Positions 28,237 through 35,794 of a stretch of DNA of 53,878 bases are shown here, in pieces (position 1 is the first letter of the stretch; every line of letters starts with the position of its first letter). The stretch lies in the IMG/VR virus record IMGVR_UViG_3300013232_000048; one strand, given 5' to 3'. The DNA comes from a virus. The position numbers and the translations under genes were made by a program. Below the pieces are notes generated by a model. It searched no databases, had not been told where the DNA came from, and saw only the letters and a list, made by a program, of their open reading frames with translations.

Positions 28237-28293
28237 GCGGGCGTGGCGCATATTCCAAAGCGTCTGAAGGATTAAGTTCCTATTCCCGCTCCA
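28237..28293 (+). pseudogene. truncated tRNA-like fragment
   Basis: It ends TTCCCGCTCCA-ATTT like the neighbouring tRNAs but is only about 57 nt long, and no full cloverleaf could be drawn. Confidence 0.3.
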
Positions 28294-28315
28294 ATTTAGT
28301 TGTTCTTTGTAATTT

Positions 28316-28389
28316 GCACTGTTGACATATTGGCCGTGTTTCAGCCTTCCAAGCTGACCAAGCGGGTTCGATTCCCGCACAGTGCTCCA
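28316..28389 (+). tRNA. tRNA-Gly(UCC)
   Basis: Acceptor GCACTGT/ACAGTGC. Anticodon stem TCAGC/GCTGA with loop CTTCCAA. T-arm GCGGG-TTCGATT-CCCGC. Confidence 0.7.
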
Positions 28390-28493
28390 AGTTTGGAAAT
28401 AGAACAGAAGTCGGTAGAAAGTACCGTGAGAGTCGTGGAGAATGGGCGTAACTCTGATCAAGTTGTGCTAAGGTGATCCATTATTTCCAAAAT

Positions 28494-28569
28494 GCGATAC
28501 TGGTGTTCAATGGCAGCATGAGACTCTTCCAAAGTCCCGGTACGGGTTCGACTCCCGTGTATCGCTCCA
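28494..28569 (+). tRNA. tRNA, probable Gly(UCC) second copy (anticodon loop CTTCCAA)
   Basis: Acceptor GCGATAC/GTATCGC. T-arm ACGGG-TTCGACT-CCCGT. The anticodon stem is 4 bp plus a mismatch. Confidence 0.55.
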
Positions 28570-28586
28570 GATTTGTTCTTTGAAAT

Positions 28587-28660
28587 GCCGAATTGATGTA
28601 ATGGTAGCCTATTACTTTGGTAAAGTAAATGTTCGGGTTCGATTCCCGGATTCGGCTCCA
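28587..28660 (+). tRNA. tRNA-Thr(GGU) (GUA/Tyr is a less likely alternative)
   Basis: Acceptor GCCGAAT/ATTCGGC. Anticodon stem TTACT/AGTAA with loop TTGGTAA (U33, A37). T-arm TCGGG-TTCGATT-CCCGG. Confidence 0.6.
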
Positions 28661-28668
28661 AATTTTAT

Positions 28669-29226
28669 TTGTTTTTTGATACTCCTAACACTATTTATAG
28701 GTATAGAGTGATAGGATACTGTATGAAATGTGAAATTTGTAAGAATGAGTTAACAAAACGTTATCAAAAACGTTTTTGCAGCCAACTGTGTGCAAGTAAA
28801 GCGAGAATAGTTGTAAGATATTGTAAACAATGCAATGTTCAATTGCAACCTAACACAAAGCAAAGAACATATTGTAGCAAAGTGTGTCAACAAGCTTTTC
28901 AGAGGAAAAGTATTCATAAACAAATTGAAAGCGGAGGTTATGAGTGCGTATATTCTGGAAATAAATTTCTTCGCAACTATCTCATAGAAATTCGAGGAGA
29001 AAAATGCGAAGAGTGTGGATTGTCAGAATGGATTGGAAATAAAATTCCATTGACGGTTCATCATATTGATGGTAATGCGGAAAATAATGTACCATCCAAT
29101 ATGCAATTGATGTGTTGGAATTGTCATGCATTGACTGATAATTATGGGAGAAAAAATAAAATTTCTGCCCGTGATTATAGATATAAAAATGCCCCTATAG
29201 CTCATGGTGAGCCGGTGGTCTTATAA
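28669..29226 (+). CDS. HNH homing endonuclease with N-terminal zinc-ribbon repeats
   Basis: CEICKNE...FCSQLCASKA...YCKQC...YCSKVCQQAF followed by CEECG...HHIDGN...N...LMCWNCH. Its 3' end overlaps the 5' part of the next tRNA. Confidence 0.8.
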   Translation: MFFDTPNTIYRYRVIGYCMKCEICKNELTKRYQKRFCSQLCASKARIVVRYCKQCNVQLQPNTKQRTYCSKVCQQAFQRKSIHKQIESGGYECVYSGNKFLRNYLIEIRGEKCEECGLSEWIGNKIPLTVHHIDGNAENNVPSNMQLMCWNCHALTDNYGRKNKISARDYRYKNAPIAHGEPVVL

Positions 29227-29283
29227 GCCACTTAATCGCTAGATTGGCGTAAGGTGAAGGTTCGATTCCTTCTAGGGGTACCA
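29191..29283 (+). tRNA. class II (93-nt) tRNA with apparent anticodon UAU; identity unclear
   Basis: Acceptor GCCCCTA/TAGGGGT, D-arm TAGCTCATGGTGAGC, anticodon stem GTGGT/GCCAC with loop CTTATAA, a 24-nt variable region, and T-arm GAAGG-TTCGATT-CCTTC. Confidence 0.5.
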
Positions 29284-29342
29284 GATTTTGTATAACACCG
29301 TCATTCGGTGAGGAAGAACAGAGGATGACGGAGAAATGCAGA

Positions 29343-29366
29343 GAAGAAGAAGAAGAAGAAGAAGAA
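29343..29366. repeat. (GAA)8 microsatellite
   Basis: gaagaagaagaagaagaagaagaa lies between two tRNA genes. Confidence 0.9.
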
Positions 29367-29419
29367 GTAGAGGATACATCGGTGGCGGTGTTATACTATT
29401 TTAGAGTTCTTTTTTGAAT

Positions 29420-29504
29420 GCCTATGTGGATAAGGGAAACTGGTACAACCGTAAGTTTCAAAAACTTATATCCGTTGCACGTTCGAATCGAGCCATAGGT
29501 ACCA
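29420..29504 (+). tRNA. tRNA, long (85 nt), putative anticodon CAA; paralog of the tRNA at 23228
   Basis: Acceptor GCCTATG/CATAGGT. The stem TAAGT/ACTTA with loop TTCAAAA is the likely anticodon arm. T-arm GCACG-TTCGAAT-CGAGC. Confidence 0.45.
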
Positions 29505-29509
29505 TTTAT

Positions 29510-29689
29510 ATGATACCGAAGTTTGTAAACATTGTTAAAGTAATAGCGACAGTTCAATGTCTCAATGCGGGTCAGTCAATAGATCAAGTAGCTGCATCTG
29601 CAAAATTATCGCCGCAGCAGATTAGAGGGATGTTAAGAGCAGCAGGTTTTCGGAAAAGTCTGAGAACTGGTAAGTGGTTAATACATTGA
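29510..29689 (+). CDS. small HTH-like protein (the track ORF 29414-29689 overlaps the tRNA and is trimmed here)
   Basis: ...QSIDQVAASAKLSPQQIRGMLRAAGF is helix-turn-helix-like. Confidence 0.3.
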   Translation: MIPKFVNIVKVIATVQCLNAGQSIDQVAASAKLSPQQIRGMLRAAGFRKSLRTGKWLIH

Positions 29690-29707
29690 TTGTTCTTTGT
29701 TAGAGAT

Positions 29708-29781
29708 GCCGGGTTAGTATAAAAGTATTACAGTAGTTTTGTAAACTTCAAAAGTCGGGGCAGTACCGACACTCGGCTCCA
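29708..29781 (+). tRNA. tRNA-Thr(UGU)-like with non-canonical T-loop GGCAGTA
   Basis: Acceptor GCCGGGT/ACTCGGC. The anticodon arm GTAGT-TTTGTAA-ACTTC has one mismatch. T-arm GTCGG-GGCAGTA-CCGAC. It is a paralog of the tRNA at 29847, with a compensatory swap in the first pair of the anticodon stem. Confidence 0.5.
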
Positions 29782-29846
29782 ATTTGATACGAAATTAGAA
29801 CAAACAGTAATTGTAAAATGAAATTTGAACTATCAGTAGTATCTAT

Positions 29847-29920
29847 GCCAGATTGATGTAAAAGTAGCCTGCAAGTTTCGTAAACTTGATGCGTCGGGGC
29901 AGTACCGATATCTGGCTCCA
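29847..29920 (+). tRNA. tRNA-Thr(CGU)-like with non-canonical T-loop GGCAGTA
   Basis: Acceptor GCCAGAT/ATCTGGC. Anticodon arm CAAGT-TTCGTAA-ACTTG. T-arm GTCGG-GGCAGTA-CCGAT. Confidence 0.55.
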
Positions 29921-30124
29921 ATTTGCTACTTAAAACACCGATAATCGGTGCGATAAATAGCATTGTTTTAACATGTCGGAGTAGGCTCTAAGCGGAGTCA
30001 AAAGTTGTAACTGAATATGTTGTCCATCCACCCCTGTTCAGTGAGAAATGACGAAGTGATACGACACCCTTGAGAATGGACTTGGGGAACAGAACTGATA
30101 TCAAGTACTGACTGTTATGTTGAT

Positions 30125-30195
30125 GTCTCGTTAGTTCAGTGGCAGAACAGACCATTGATAAAGGTCAGACGTTGGCTCTAATCCAACACGAGAAT
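30125..30195 (+). tRNA. tRNA-Ile(GAU)-like; T-loop CTCTAAT; no encoded CCA
   Basis: D-arm TAGTTCAGTGGCAGAAC. Anticodon arm GACCA-TTGATAA-AGGTC. Acceptor GTCTCGT/ACGAGAA with a mismatch at 1-72. Confidence 0.5.
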
Positions 30196-30197
30196 AT

Positions 30198-30283
30198 GCA
30201 CCGTTAGACAAGTGGGAAGTCCGAAGTCTGCAAAACTGCTATTGAGTTGGTTCGATTCCAACACGGTGCTCCAAGATTTTTTC
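30198..30283 (+). tRNA. tRNA-Cys(GCA) (probable)
   Basis: Acceptor GCACCGT/ACGGTGC. Anticodon arm GAAGT-CTGCAAA-ACTGC with one A-G mismatch. T-arm GTTGG-TTCGATT-CCAAC. CCA encoded. Confidence 0.55.
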
Positions 30284-30292
30284 AGAAAGATG

Positions 30293-30321
30293 TTGACATC
30301 TTGCATCGGTTCTGGTAGAGT
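30293..30321 (+). promoter_or_regulatory. sigma70-like promoter (TTGACA-N17-TAGAGT)
   Basis: TTGACAtcttgcatcggttctggTAGAGT. There is no long ORF before the terminator at 30536. Confidence 0.4.
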
Positions 30322-30535
30322 ATGCGGCGTAAGATGAAAATCGGATAAGAAATCCGAGCGAAAAGAAAAGTTGAACAGTATTTATTGATAACAGTATGAA
30401 ACGACAATCACAACATTGGTTTAGACTCTCGGATGCTCTTGCATCCCTTGCAAAGAGTGTCTATATCAATGATCGCCCAGAAGGAAAAGGCTCTTGATGT
30501 AACGTACTTACATACTTACACCAAAGAGCCGACCA

Positions 30536-30562
30536 AAAGGTCGGTTTTTTTGTTGGGAAAAT
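30536..30562 (+). terminator. rho-independent terminator
   Basis: GAGCCGACCaaaaGGTCGG followed by TTTTTTT. Confidence 0.7.
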
Positions 30563-30566
30563 AGTT

Positions 30567-30755
30567 ATGAAAGCAAATGTGGAGTTGGTAAGTGTGACGG
30601 TGAAGATAAATGGTGTAGAAAAGACATTTGCCAAAAAAGATTGTTGGTTTCACGGATGGGAATGGTCAAATGAAGATATCATGGAATGTGATAGTGGAGT
30701 AGATTTAGAGTTGACAGAAGGTAAGAAACGGTATAAGCTGTCTGTAGAAGGTTAG
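30567..30755 (+). CDS. hypothetical small protein
   Basis: 62-aa ORF lying between the terminator and the next promoter. Confidence 0.35.
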   Translation: MKANVELVSVTVKINGVEKTFAKKDCWFHGWEWSNEDIMECDSGVDLELTEGKKRYKLSVEG

Positions 30756-30920
30756 AATTTTGTTGAATAAGGCTTTTAGAAAAGTTATGAGCCTTTGAAA
30801 AATCAAAACTTCCGTAGAGGCGTTCCACGGAATAGGATATAACGTGTGATTTATCACACCACGCCGGTATCACGAGGGATCGTGGTGCTACCAACGCAGG
30901 TGAACAATCCATTATTATGT

Positions 30921-30949
30921 TGACATACATGGTAATATAGGGTATAGTT
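30921..30949 (+). promoter_or_regulatory. sigma70-like promoter (TTGACA-N17-TATAGT)
   Basis: TTGACAtacatggtaatatagggTATAGT, upstream of the HNH gene at 30955. Confidence 0.45.
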
Positions 30950-30954
30950 AGGTC

Positions 30955-31401
30955 ATGTATAGTGCAACAAGCATGTTGGCAAAAGCTAAAGACAATAATA
31001 TTCTTCCTGTAAGAAGAAACAATTTCTATTATAGGGAGGTTTATCTTAAAAGTGATCACTGGAAACTTTTGAGAGAAGAAAAACTTAATAGAAATCCTAC
31101 TTGTCAACAATGTGGGTCTTCGGTTTGTTTAGATGTTCATCACAAAGACTATCGGGGACTTTATGATGTTAGGTTAAATGATTTACAAACGTTATGTCGA
31201 AAATGTCATAATAAAAAGCACAAGCGAAAGGACCATAAAAAACCCAAGAGAAACTTGATTGAGCGTATAAAATGGCACGCCGAAGGATATGGAAATCCAG
31301 TCAAATTAACTGCACGCAACAAAGAAAGACAAGAAGTGTTCGACAAGATGGTTAATTGGAGATGTAGAGACATAAACACTTACATTTCTATTCATTATTA
31401 A
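30955..31401 (+). CDS. HNH homing endonuclease
   Basis: CQQCGSSVCLDVHHKDYRG...ND..TLCRKCHNKKHK. Confidence 0.75.
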   Translation: MYSATSMLAKAKDNNILPVRRNNFYYREVYLKSDHWKLLREEKLNRNPTCQQCGSSVCLDVHHKDYRGLYDVRLNDLQTLCRKCHNKKHKRKDHKKPKRNLIERIKWHAEGYGNPVKLTARNKERQEVFDKMVNWRCRDINTYISIHY

Positions 31402-31416
31402 AAACAATTTCAGTAT

Positions 31417-31502
31417 GCAGTCGTGAGCCGAGTTGGTCGAAGGCACCAGACTTTTAATCTGGTATTCAAACATCGTGGGTTCGAATCCCACCGGCTGCAC
31501 CA
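31417..31502 (+). tRNA. class II tRNA with a Ser-type D-arm but anticodon UUU
   Basis: Acceptor GCAGTCG/CGGCTGC. The D-arm AGCCGAGTTGGTCGAAGGC resembles the bacterial tRNA-Ser D-arm GCCGAGCGGTTGAAGGC. Anticodon arm CCAGA-CTTTTAA-TCTGG. A 12-nt variable region has no obvious stem. T-arm GTGGG-TTCGAAT-CCCAC. Confidence 0.55.
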
Positions 31503-31510
31503 ATTTCAAT

Positions 31511-31584
31511 AGGTAGTTCGTATAATGGTATTATGGGACTCTCCAAAAGTTTTGATGTGGGTTCGATTCCTACACTACCTGCCA
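31511..31584 (+). tRNA. tRNA-Trp(CCA) (probable)
   Basis: Acceptor AGGTAGT/ACTACCT. Anticodon arm GGACT-CTCCAAA-AGTTT with two G-U pairs. T-arm GTGGG-TTCGATT-CCTAC. Confidence 0.5.
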
Positions 31585-31724
31585 ATTTCATTCAGAAACG
31601 AAACTTGTTAGCTGATAACCTCAAATATGTGGTATGTCCCATCCAACTGCCATAACATATTGAGCTAGGACAAAGTTGCCTTGGAGAAGCAGCGGTAATG
31701 TCAGTTTTCTGAATACGACTTTAT

Positions 31725-31800
31725 GGTGGTATTGGTGTAATGGTTAGCACTAGAGTTTGTGGAACTCTCAGCGCCGGTTCGACTCCGGTATATCACCCCA
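31725..31800 (+). tRNA. tRNA-His(GUG) with genomically encoded G-1
   Basis: G-1 pairs with C73 (GGTGGTAT...ATATCAC-C-CCA). Anticodon arm AGAGT-TTGTGGA-ACTCT. T-arm GCCGG-TTCGACT-CCGGT. Confidence 0.65.
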
Positions 31801-31911
31801 ATTTCTAGGATACTCATTTGTCGGGTACCCTAGCGGAATGAGATAGACACCCTAGTAGGGCACGAACGGGGGGGAACAATCCGTGAAATCCTCAGAAAGC
31901 TATTTCAAAAT

Positions 31912-31988
31912 GCGTCGAAAGCTACAGTGGACCGGCACCCGGCTCTTACCCGGATATGGTTGGGTTTCAACTACCCATCGGCGCACCA
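31912..31988 (+). tRNA. tRNA-Lys(CUU)
   Basis: Acceptor GCGTCGA/TCGGCGC. Anticodon arm CCCGG-CTCTTAC-CCGGA with a 27-43 mismatch. T-arm TGGGT-TTCAACT-ACCCA. Confidence 0.5.
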
Positions 31989-31995
31989 ATTTCTG

Positions 31996-32442
31996 TTAGT
32001 AAACTCCCGGAAGTCCAGCTTTAACCAGTGCGGTTTGAATAGCATCGATGATTCCAATACAAACTTCTGGGCGATCAGCTTCGATAGCATTATTGAAAAC
32101 TGTAATAAATGATGCTGGTTCATAGCCAACAATTTTAGCAAGAGCCGAAGATTCTGCTTCAATGGTATAGAGATTATTTAATTTGAGCGTGTAATAAGCA
32201 GTTCCAATTTTTCGCAAAGTAGTTGGATCGGGACCAATCATGGCATCAACAATGGCTTTTACATCTTCCGCAGCTTTTTTAGCGACATCGGATTCTGCTG
32301 AAGGCAAAGTTACTGGTGAAGTTACTGATGGTGGAGTTACAACAACTCCATCACAGGAAACTGTCATTTTGAAAACGTCTCCTTTTGGTCCAGTGAAACT
32401 GAGAGTAAGAGGTTCGTTGAGTTTGATATCGAATGTATTCAT
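31996..32442 (-). CDS. hypothetical protein (the only minus-strand gene inside the tRNA array)
   Basis: 148-aa ORF that is Ala/Val/Thr-rich, with an FTGPKGDVFKMTVSCDG beta-rich N-terminus. Confidence 0.5.
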   Translation of the reverse strand: MNTFDIKLNEPLTLSFTGPKGDVFKMTVSCDGVVVTPPSVTSPVTLPSAESDVAKKAAEDVKAIVDAMIGPDPTTLRKIGTAYYTLKLNNLYTIEAESSALAKIVGYEPASFITVFNNAIEADRPEVCIGIIDAIQTALVKAGLPGVY

Positions 32443-32519
32443 TTTTGTCCTATGGTTAAGTGTTCTCCAATAAATAGAACTTTAACCTTTATTCTATAGA
32501 AAAAGTTTTACTTAAGTAT

Positions 32520-32593
32520 TCCCTCTTGTTGTAATGGAAGCAAGTTTGGCTTTGAACCAAAAAGCGGTGGATCGATACCATCAGAGGGAGCCA
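32520..32593 (+). tRNA. tRNA-Gln(UUG); T-loop ATCGATA
   Basis: Acceptor TCCCTCT/AGAGGGA (U1-A72, typical of tRNA-Gln). Anticodon arm TTTGG-CTTTGAA-CCAAA. T-arm GGTGG-ATCGATA-CCATC. Confidence 0.6.
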
Positions 32594-32686
32594 ATTTGAA
32601 AGAGAAAGACAGTATATGTCAAATAGCGAGTGAACTCGGTCAATATAGTAATGGATTTTTGTGTTTGAGGACACAACTCTTTCAAT

Positions 32687-32760
32687 CGGGGTATGGCGTA
32701 ATAGTAGCGTGCGTGTTTTGGGGACATGAGGCGACTGAGCATAACAGTCTATCCCGACCA
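32687..32760 (+). tRNA. tRNA-Pro(UGG); T-loop AGCATAA
   Basis: Acceptor CGGGGTA/TATCCCG. Anticodon arm CGTGT-TTTGGGG-ACATG (G37). T-arm GACTG-AGCATAA-CAGTC. Confidence 0.55.
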
Positions 32761-32764
32761 TTTT

Positions 32765-32821
32765 AAGATACAGACAGCAACCAAACCAAATTCATCTGTT
32801 AAATGAAAAAAACTGTATCTT
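32765..32821 (+). repeat. IR element family member a (AAGATACAG ... CTGTATCTT)
   Basis: 9-bp perfect inverted repeat flanking ACAGCAACCAAACCAAA... It starts 4 nt after a tRNA 3' end and is followed by GTTTTT. Confidence 0.6.
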
Positions 32822-32828
32822 GTTTTTC

Positions 32829-32902
32829 GGTCTATTGTTGAATGGGTATCATAGAATCCTGTCACGATTCAGTAACGAGTTCAAGCCTCGTATAGACCGC
32901 CA
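32829..32902 (+). tRNA. tRNA-Asp(GUC)
   Basis: Acceptor GGTCTAT/ATAGACC with G73. Anticodon arm GAATC-CTGTCAC-GATTC. T-arm ACGAG-TTCAAGC-CTCGT. Confidence 0.7.
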
Positions 32903-32999
32903 TTTTATAGAGGGTTTGGCAGTATAACCTGTGCGCTAACTGGGTAACTGCAAGTCAAGATAGACTTCAATGGAACTTCCGTGAAATCCTTAATGCATC

Positions 33000-33073
33000 C
33001 GTCCTGTAGCTCAATAGCAGAGCATTCGACTGATAATCGAAAGACAGTGGGGCAGTACCACTCTGGACGACCA
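33000..33073 (+). tRNA. tRNA-Ile(GAU); T-loop GGCAGTA
   Basis: Acceptor CGTCCTG/CTGGACG with one mismatch. D-arm TAGCTCAATAGCAGAGC. Anticodon arm TTCGA-CTGATAA-TCGAA. T-arm AGTGG-GGCAGTA-CCACT. Confidence 0.6.
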
Positions 33074-33247
33074 TTTTAACCTCGGTATGATGGATATGTT
33101 AATATGTAACCTACTCCCGCATGGGAAGCGTAGCCCTACTACGAGTCATGCGGTTAAAGGTATTAAATACAGAGAACATAACTGTAAAGGGCATACTGAA
33201 AATCCTCTAAGGTAAACGAGGTTGACACTCGGGAATAGACCGGGATT

Positions 33248-33691
33248 TTGATTTGGGTTGCACTATTTATTGATATGGGTAACATTGCGACATTTCTGAG
33301 AGAGTTGGCTACATATCAATCCAATCATTATGGATATTATGATAGGTCTGTTTTGGTGAACGCCTATGATAACTTGCCCGTGGGAATTAAAAAGTATTTG
33401 ACACCCAACGAAAAACATCTCAAGCGTTTATGGCGTGGATGCGATGGCCTTTCCGAAATGAGAGCTATTTCATTTACAACAAACAGAGGAATAGCACATT
33501 TGTTTGGCGCTTATGTTATTCCTTTCAGTGAATTAATCAGTTATGGCGGATTGATTAGTACTGAAATGGCAAGAAAGTTGAATAAACGGTTGGGGTTTGA
33601 TCTTGGCATTGGGGATGATGAAGGAGAAGTTGTTATTATTCGCCCGCAATGGAATAAAGATTTGAATTTGAGACAGTATTTTGTTGGATAA
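33248..33691 (+). CDS. hypothetical protein
   Basis: 147-aa ORF. Confidence 0.45.
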   Translation: MIWVALFIDMGNIATFLRELATYQSNHYGYYDRSVLVNAYDNLPVGIKKYLTPNEKHLKRLWRGCDGLSEMRAISFTTNRGIAHLFGAYVIPFSELISYGGLISTEMARKLNKRLGFDLGIGDDEGEVVIIRPQWNKDLNLRQYFVG

Positions 33692-33692
33692 T

Positions 33693-33768
33693 GCGTTGCT
33701 GGTGAAATTGGATATCATAAAAGATTACGAATCTTTTGTTCCGGGTTCGAGTCCCGGGTGGCGCACCA
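33693..33768 (+). tRNA. tRNA-Arg(ACG)
   Basis: D-arm GGTGAAATTGGATATCAT is shared with the other Arg tRNAs. Anticodon arm AAAGA-TTACGAA-TCTTT. T-arm CCGGG-TTCGAGT-CCCGG. The acceptor has 3 G-U pairs. Confidence 0.55.
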
Positions 33769-33836
33769 CTTTGAGATATTGATGAAGGTAAAGGCCAATA
33801 TGAAAAAGGATTGGACGAGAATAATCAGTATCTTAC

Positions 33837-33911
33837 GGCCCATTCGTCTAACAGCTAGGACAATAGATTCTCAATCTATAAACACCGGGGCAGCACCGGT
33901 ATGGGCTACCA
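33837..33911 (+). tRNA. tRNA-Glu(CUC)-like; T-loop GGCAGCA
   Basis: Acceptor GGCCCAT/ATGGGCT. Anticodon arm ATAGA-TTCTCAA-TCTAT. T-arm ACCGG-GGCAGCA-CCGGT. Confidence 0.5.
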
Positions 33912-33915
33912 ATTT

Positions 33916-33990
33916 CGCCATATGATGTAAATGGAAACATGAACTCTTGATGAGGGTTTCTTACAGGTTCGACTCCTGTTGTGGCGACCA
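33916..33990 (+). tRNA. tRNA with anticodon GAU (Ile-like; loop TTGATGA)
   Basis: Acceptor CGCCATA/TGTGGCG. Anticodon arm AACTC-TTGATGA-GGGTT. T-arm ACAGG-TTCGACT-CCTGT. Confidence 0.5.
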
Positions 33991-34053
33991 AATATAAATA
34001 ATCTAAACCACAAATACTCGCTATTCTACATATGATGGGCGATATTTATTGGT

Positions 34054-34635
34054 ATGACAAAAAATTATTATACCATAAAAATTCGACGGATACGGATGAA
34101 AAGGGAGGCGATTCGTCTTAAGGGAGGGAAATGTGCTGATTGTGGATGGAATGGAAACATAGCAGCATTTCAATTTCATCATCGAACCCCATCCGAAAAA
34201 AAATTTACTATATCATCAAACCCAAAAGTTAGTTGGGAAAAATATTGGGAGGAAATAGAAAAATGTGACTTGTTATGTGCCAATTGCCATATGATACGTC
34301 ATTCAGACAATGCTGACCCTCAATTCTTGAAAGATGTTGAAAATTATAAGGGACGGGAGTTGGTAGTATCCGTTATTCCGTGGAAAAATCAAACCCACAT
34401 TCCTCATAGTTATGATCATAATTGTCAGTATTGCAATAAACCATTTACATCATCCAGACAAGTTCAGAAATATTGTTGTCCGAATTGTCAAAGTAAAGGT
34501 CGACGAAAATGTATTAGGCCATCTAGGGAAGAACTAGAAAAAATGATTATTGAAATGCCAATGACTCATATTGGGAAAAAGTATGGTGTGTCCAGTGTTG
34601 CAGTAAAAAAATGGTGTAAAAATTATGAAATTTAA
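34054..34635 (+). CDS. HNH homing endonuclease with C-terminal zinc ribbon
   Basis: GGKCADCGW...FQFHHRTPSEKKF...LLCANCHMIRH followed by CQYCNKPF...CCPNCQ. Confidence 0.8.
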   Translation: MTKNYYTIKIRRIRMKREAIRLKGGKCADCGWNGNIAAFQFHHRTPSEKKFTISSNPKVSWEKYWEEIEKCDLLCANCHMIRHSDNADPQFLKDVENYKGRELVVSVIPWKNQTHIPHSYDHNCQYCNKPFTSSRQVQKYCCPNCQSKGRRKCIRPSREELEKMIIEMPMTHIGKKYGVSSVAVKKWCKNYEI

Positions 34636-34636
34636 T

Positions 34637-34722
34637 GGTAGTATGGCAGAGTAGCAAATGCGAATGACTGTAGATCATTTGGCCTTCGGCCTACGGTGGT
34701 GCAAGTCCATCTACTACCACCA
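34637..34722 (+). tRNA. tRNA-Tyr(GUA), class II; T-loop TGCAAGT
   Basis: Acceptor GGTAGTA/TACTACC. Anticodon arm AATGA-CTGTAGA-TCATT. Variable arm hairpin GGCCTTCGGCC. T-arm GGTGG-TGCAAGT-CCATC. Confidence 0.6.
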
Positions 34723-34730
34723 AGTTTATT

Positions 34731-34814
34731 GGGAGCGAGGACTAATGGTGGTCGCTTGACTGTAAATCAAGTAACCTGTATGGGTACATCGTTCGATTCG
34801 GTGCGCTCCCACCA
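34731..34814 (+). tRNA. tRNA-Tyr(GUA), second class II copy
   Basis: Acceptor GGGAGCG/CGCTCCC. Anticodon arm CTTGA-CTGTAAA-TCAAG. 15-nt variable arm ACC...GGT. T-arm CATCG-TTCGATT-CGGTG. Confidence 0.6.
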
Positions 34815-35046
34815 CCATTTTAACCAAAGGAAACTAAACACATGAATGCAGCACATAAACTCTGTAAGTTACGGAATCGTTTGAAAAGATTGAAAAAGAA
34901 TGCCCCAGAGGCAGGATCAGATCGTCAAGGAATGATGTCGTCCAGAATTGCTGAGATTGAAGACATTCTCAAACGAGCAAAGATGTTGTAAATCAAAGTG
35001 GGGAACTTCGTGCTGTGAAGTTCTTAAACCGTTAACCCACCATTAT

Positions 35047-35120
35047 TCTCGGGTCATATAACGGTATTATGGGTGACTGTTACTCACTTCATGGGGGTTC
35101 AATTCCTTCTCCGAGAGCCA
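35047..35120 (+). tRNA. tRNA-Asn(GUU)
   Basis: Acceptor TCTCGGG/TCCGAGA with G73. Anticodon arm GGTGA-CTGTTAC-TCACT. T-arm GGGGG-TTCAATT-CCTTC with G-U pairs. Confidence 0.55.
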
Positions 35121-35125
35121 ATTTT

Positions 35126-35770
35126 CTAAAAAACACACAATCTAACACTGGCCAATTGTTCTTTGGTTAGTTTGACTTCTCTAAATGCAAACCCATCAAG
35201 GGTTTGTGGTTCATAAAAGATGACTCGTTTTCCGTCATAGAATACATTGATGGCGTGCCATAAAGATTCTGTCTTTGTTCCCATGTTGAGGATAATCCAT
35301 CCCAAAGCTGGATGTGATGCGTTGGGAGAGTAACGGACTGCGGATTCAATAGCAAAAGAACAAGCTACAATTGCATATTGACCACAAACAAATAAATCAT
35401 CTGTATATTTAATACCAACATCTTTCAAGTGTGTTTGATAAGCATCGGTAAATTCTCCGAGAAACCATTTGGAATCTAGGATGCCGTACATAGCAGAAAG
35501 GGGCACATATTTTTCTCGTGGAACACCAGCATTTTCTAATGCTTCACCAATATCGGTGGCTTCACAAGTACTTTCAATGTATTGGCCCGTATGAACTGGA
35601 GCAGGTTCGCCTGGCATAGGTTGGAAGACTGCCTCAACCATTTCAAACTTGGCGGCTGGTGGTGCTTGAACTTTGTCTTGTCTATCAGCTTTGGAACAGC
35701 CGATGATAGAAACAATAACCAACAACATTGATAAATATAATGCGATTTTTCTCATACCTATAAATAGCAT
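35126..35770 (-). CDS. lipoprotein, putative papain-like (Cys-His) peptidase fold
   Basis: Signal peptide plus lipobox SIIGC. It has a candidate catalytic Cys in YAIVACSFAIES and a His in LWHAINVFYDGKRVIFYEPQT. Confidence 0.5.
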   Translation of the reverse strand: MLFIGMRKIALYLSMLLVIVSIIGCSKADRQDKVQAPPAAKFEMVEAVFQPMPGEPAPVHTGQYIESTCEATDIGEALENAGVPREKYVPLSAMYGILDSKWFLGEFTDAYQTHLKDVGIKYTDDLFVCGQYAIVACSFAIESAVRYSPNASHPALGWIILNMGTKTESLWHAINVFYDGKRVIFYEPQTLDGFAFREVKLTKEQLASVRLCVF

Positions 35771-35794
35771 ACTTAATCACTTTCGTGATGGTAA

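Noticed and set aside
28394-28487. Possible extra tRNA with acceptor GGAAATA/TATTTCC
   Set aside because: The 7-bp pairing is AT-only, no D, anticodon or T arms could be drawn, and it is 94 nt with no CCA. It is more likely chance complementarity around a hairpin.
28138-28661. Track ORFs 28138-28461 (-) and 28458-28661 (-)
   Set aside because: They lie entirely over the tRNA cluster on the opposite strand. Their content (runs of R/G/S codons from tRNA stems) is typical of spurious ORFs.
29343-29366. (GAA)8 as part of a coding region
   Set aside because: It is flanked by tRNAs and no ORF spans it. It is treated as a simple microsatellite.
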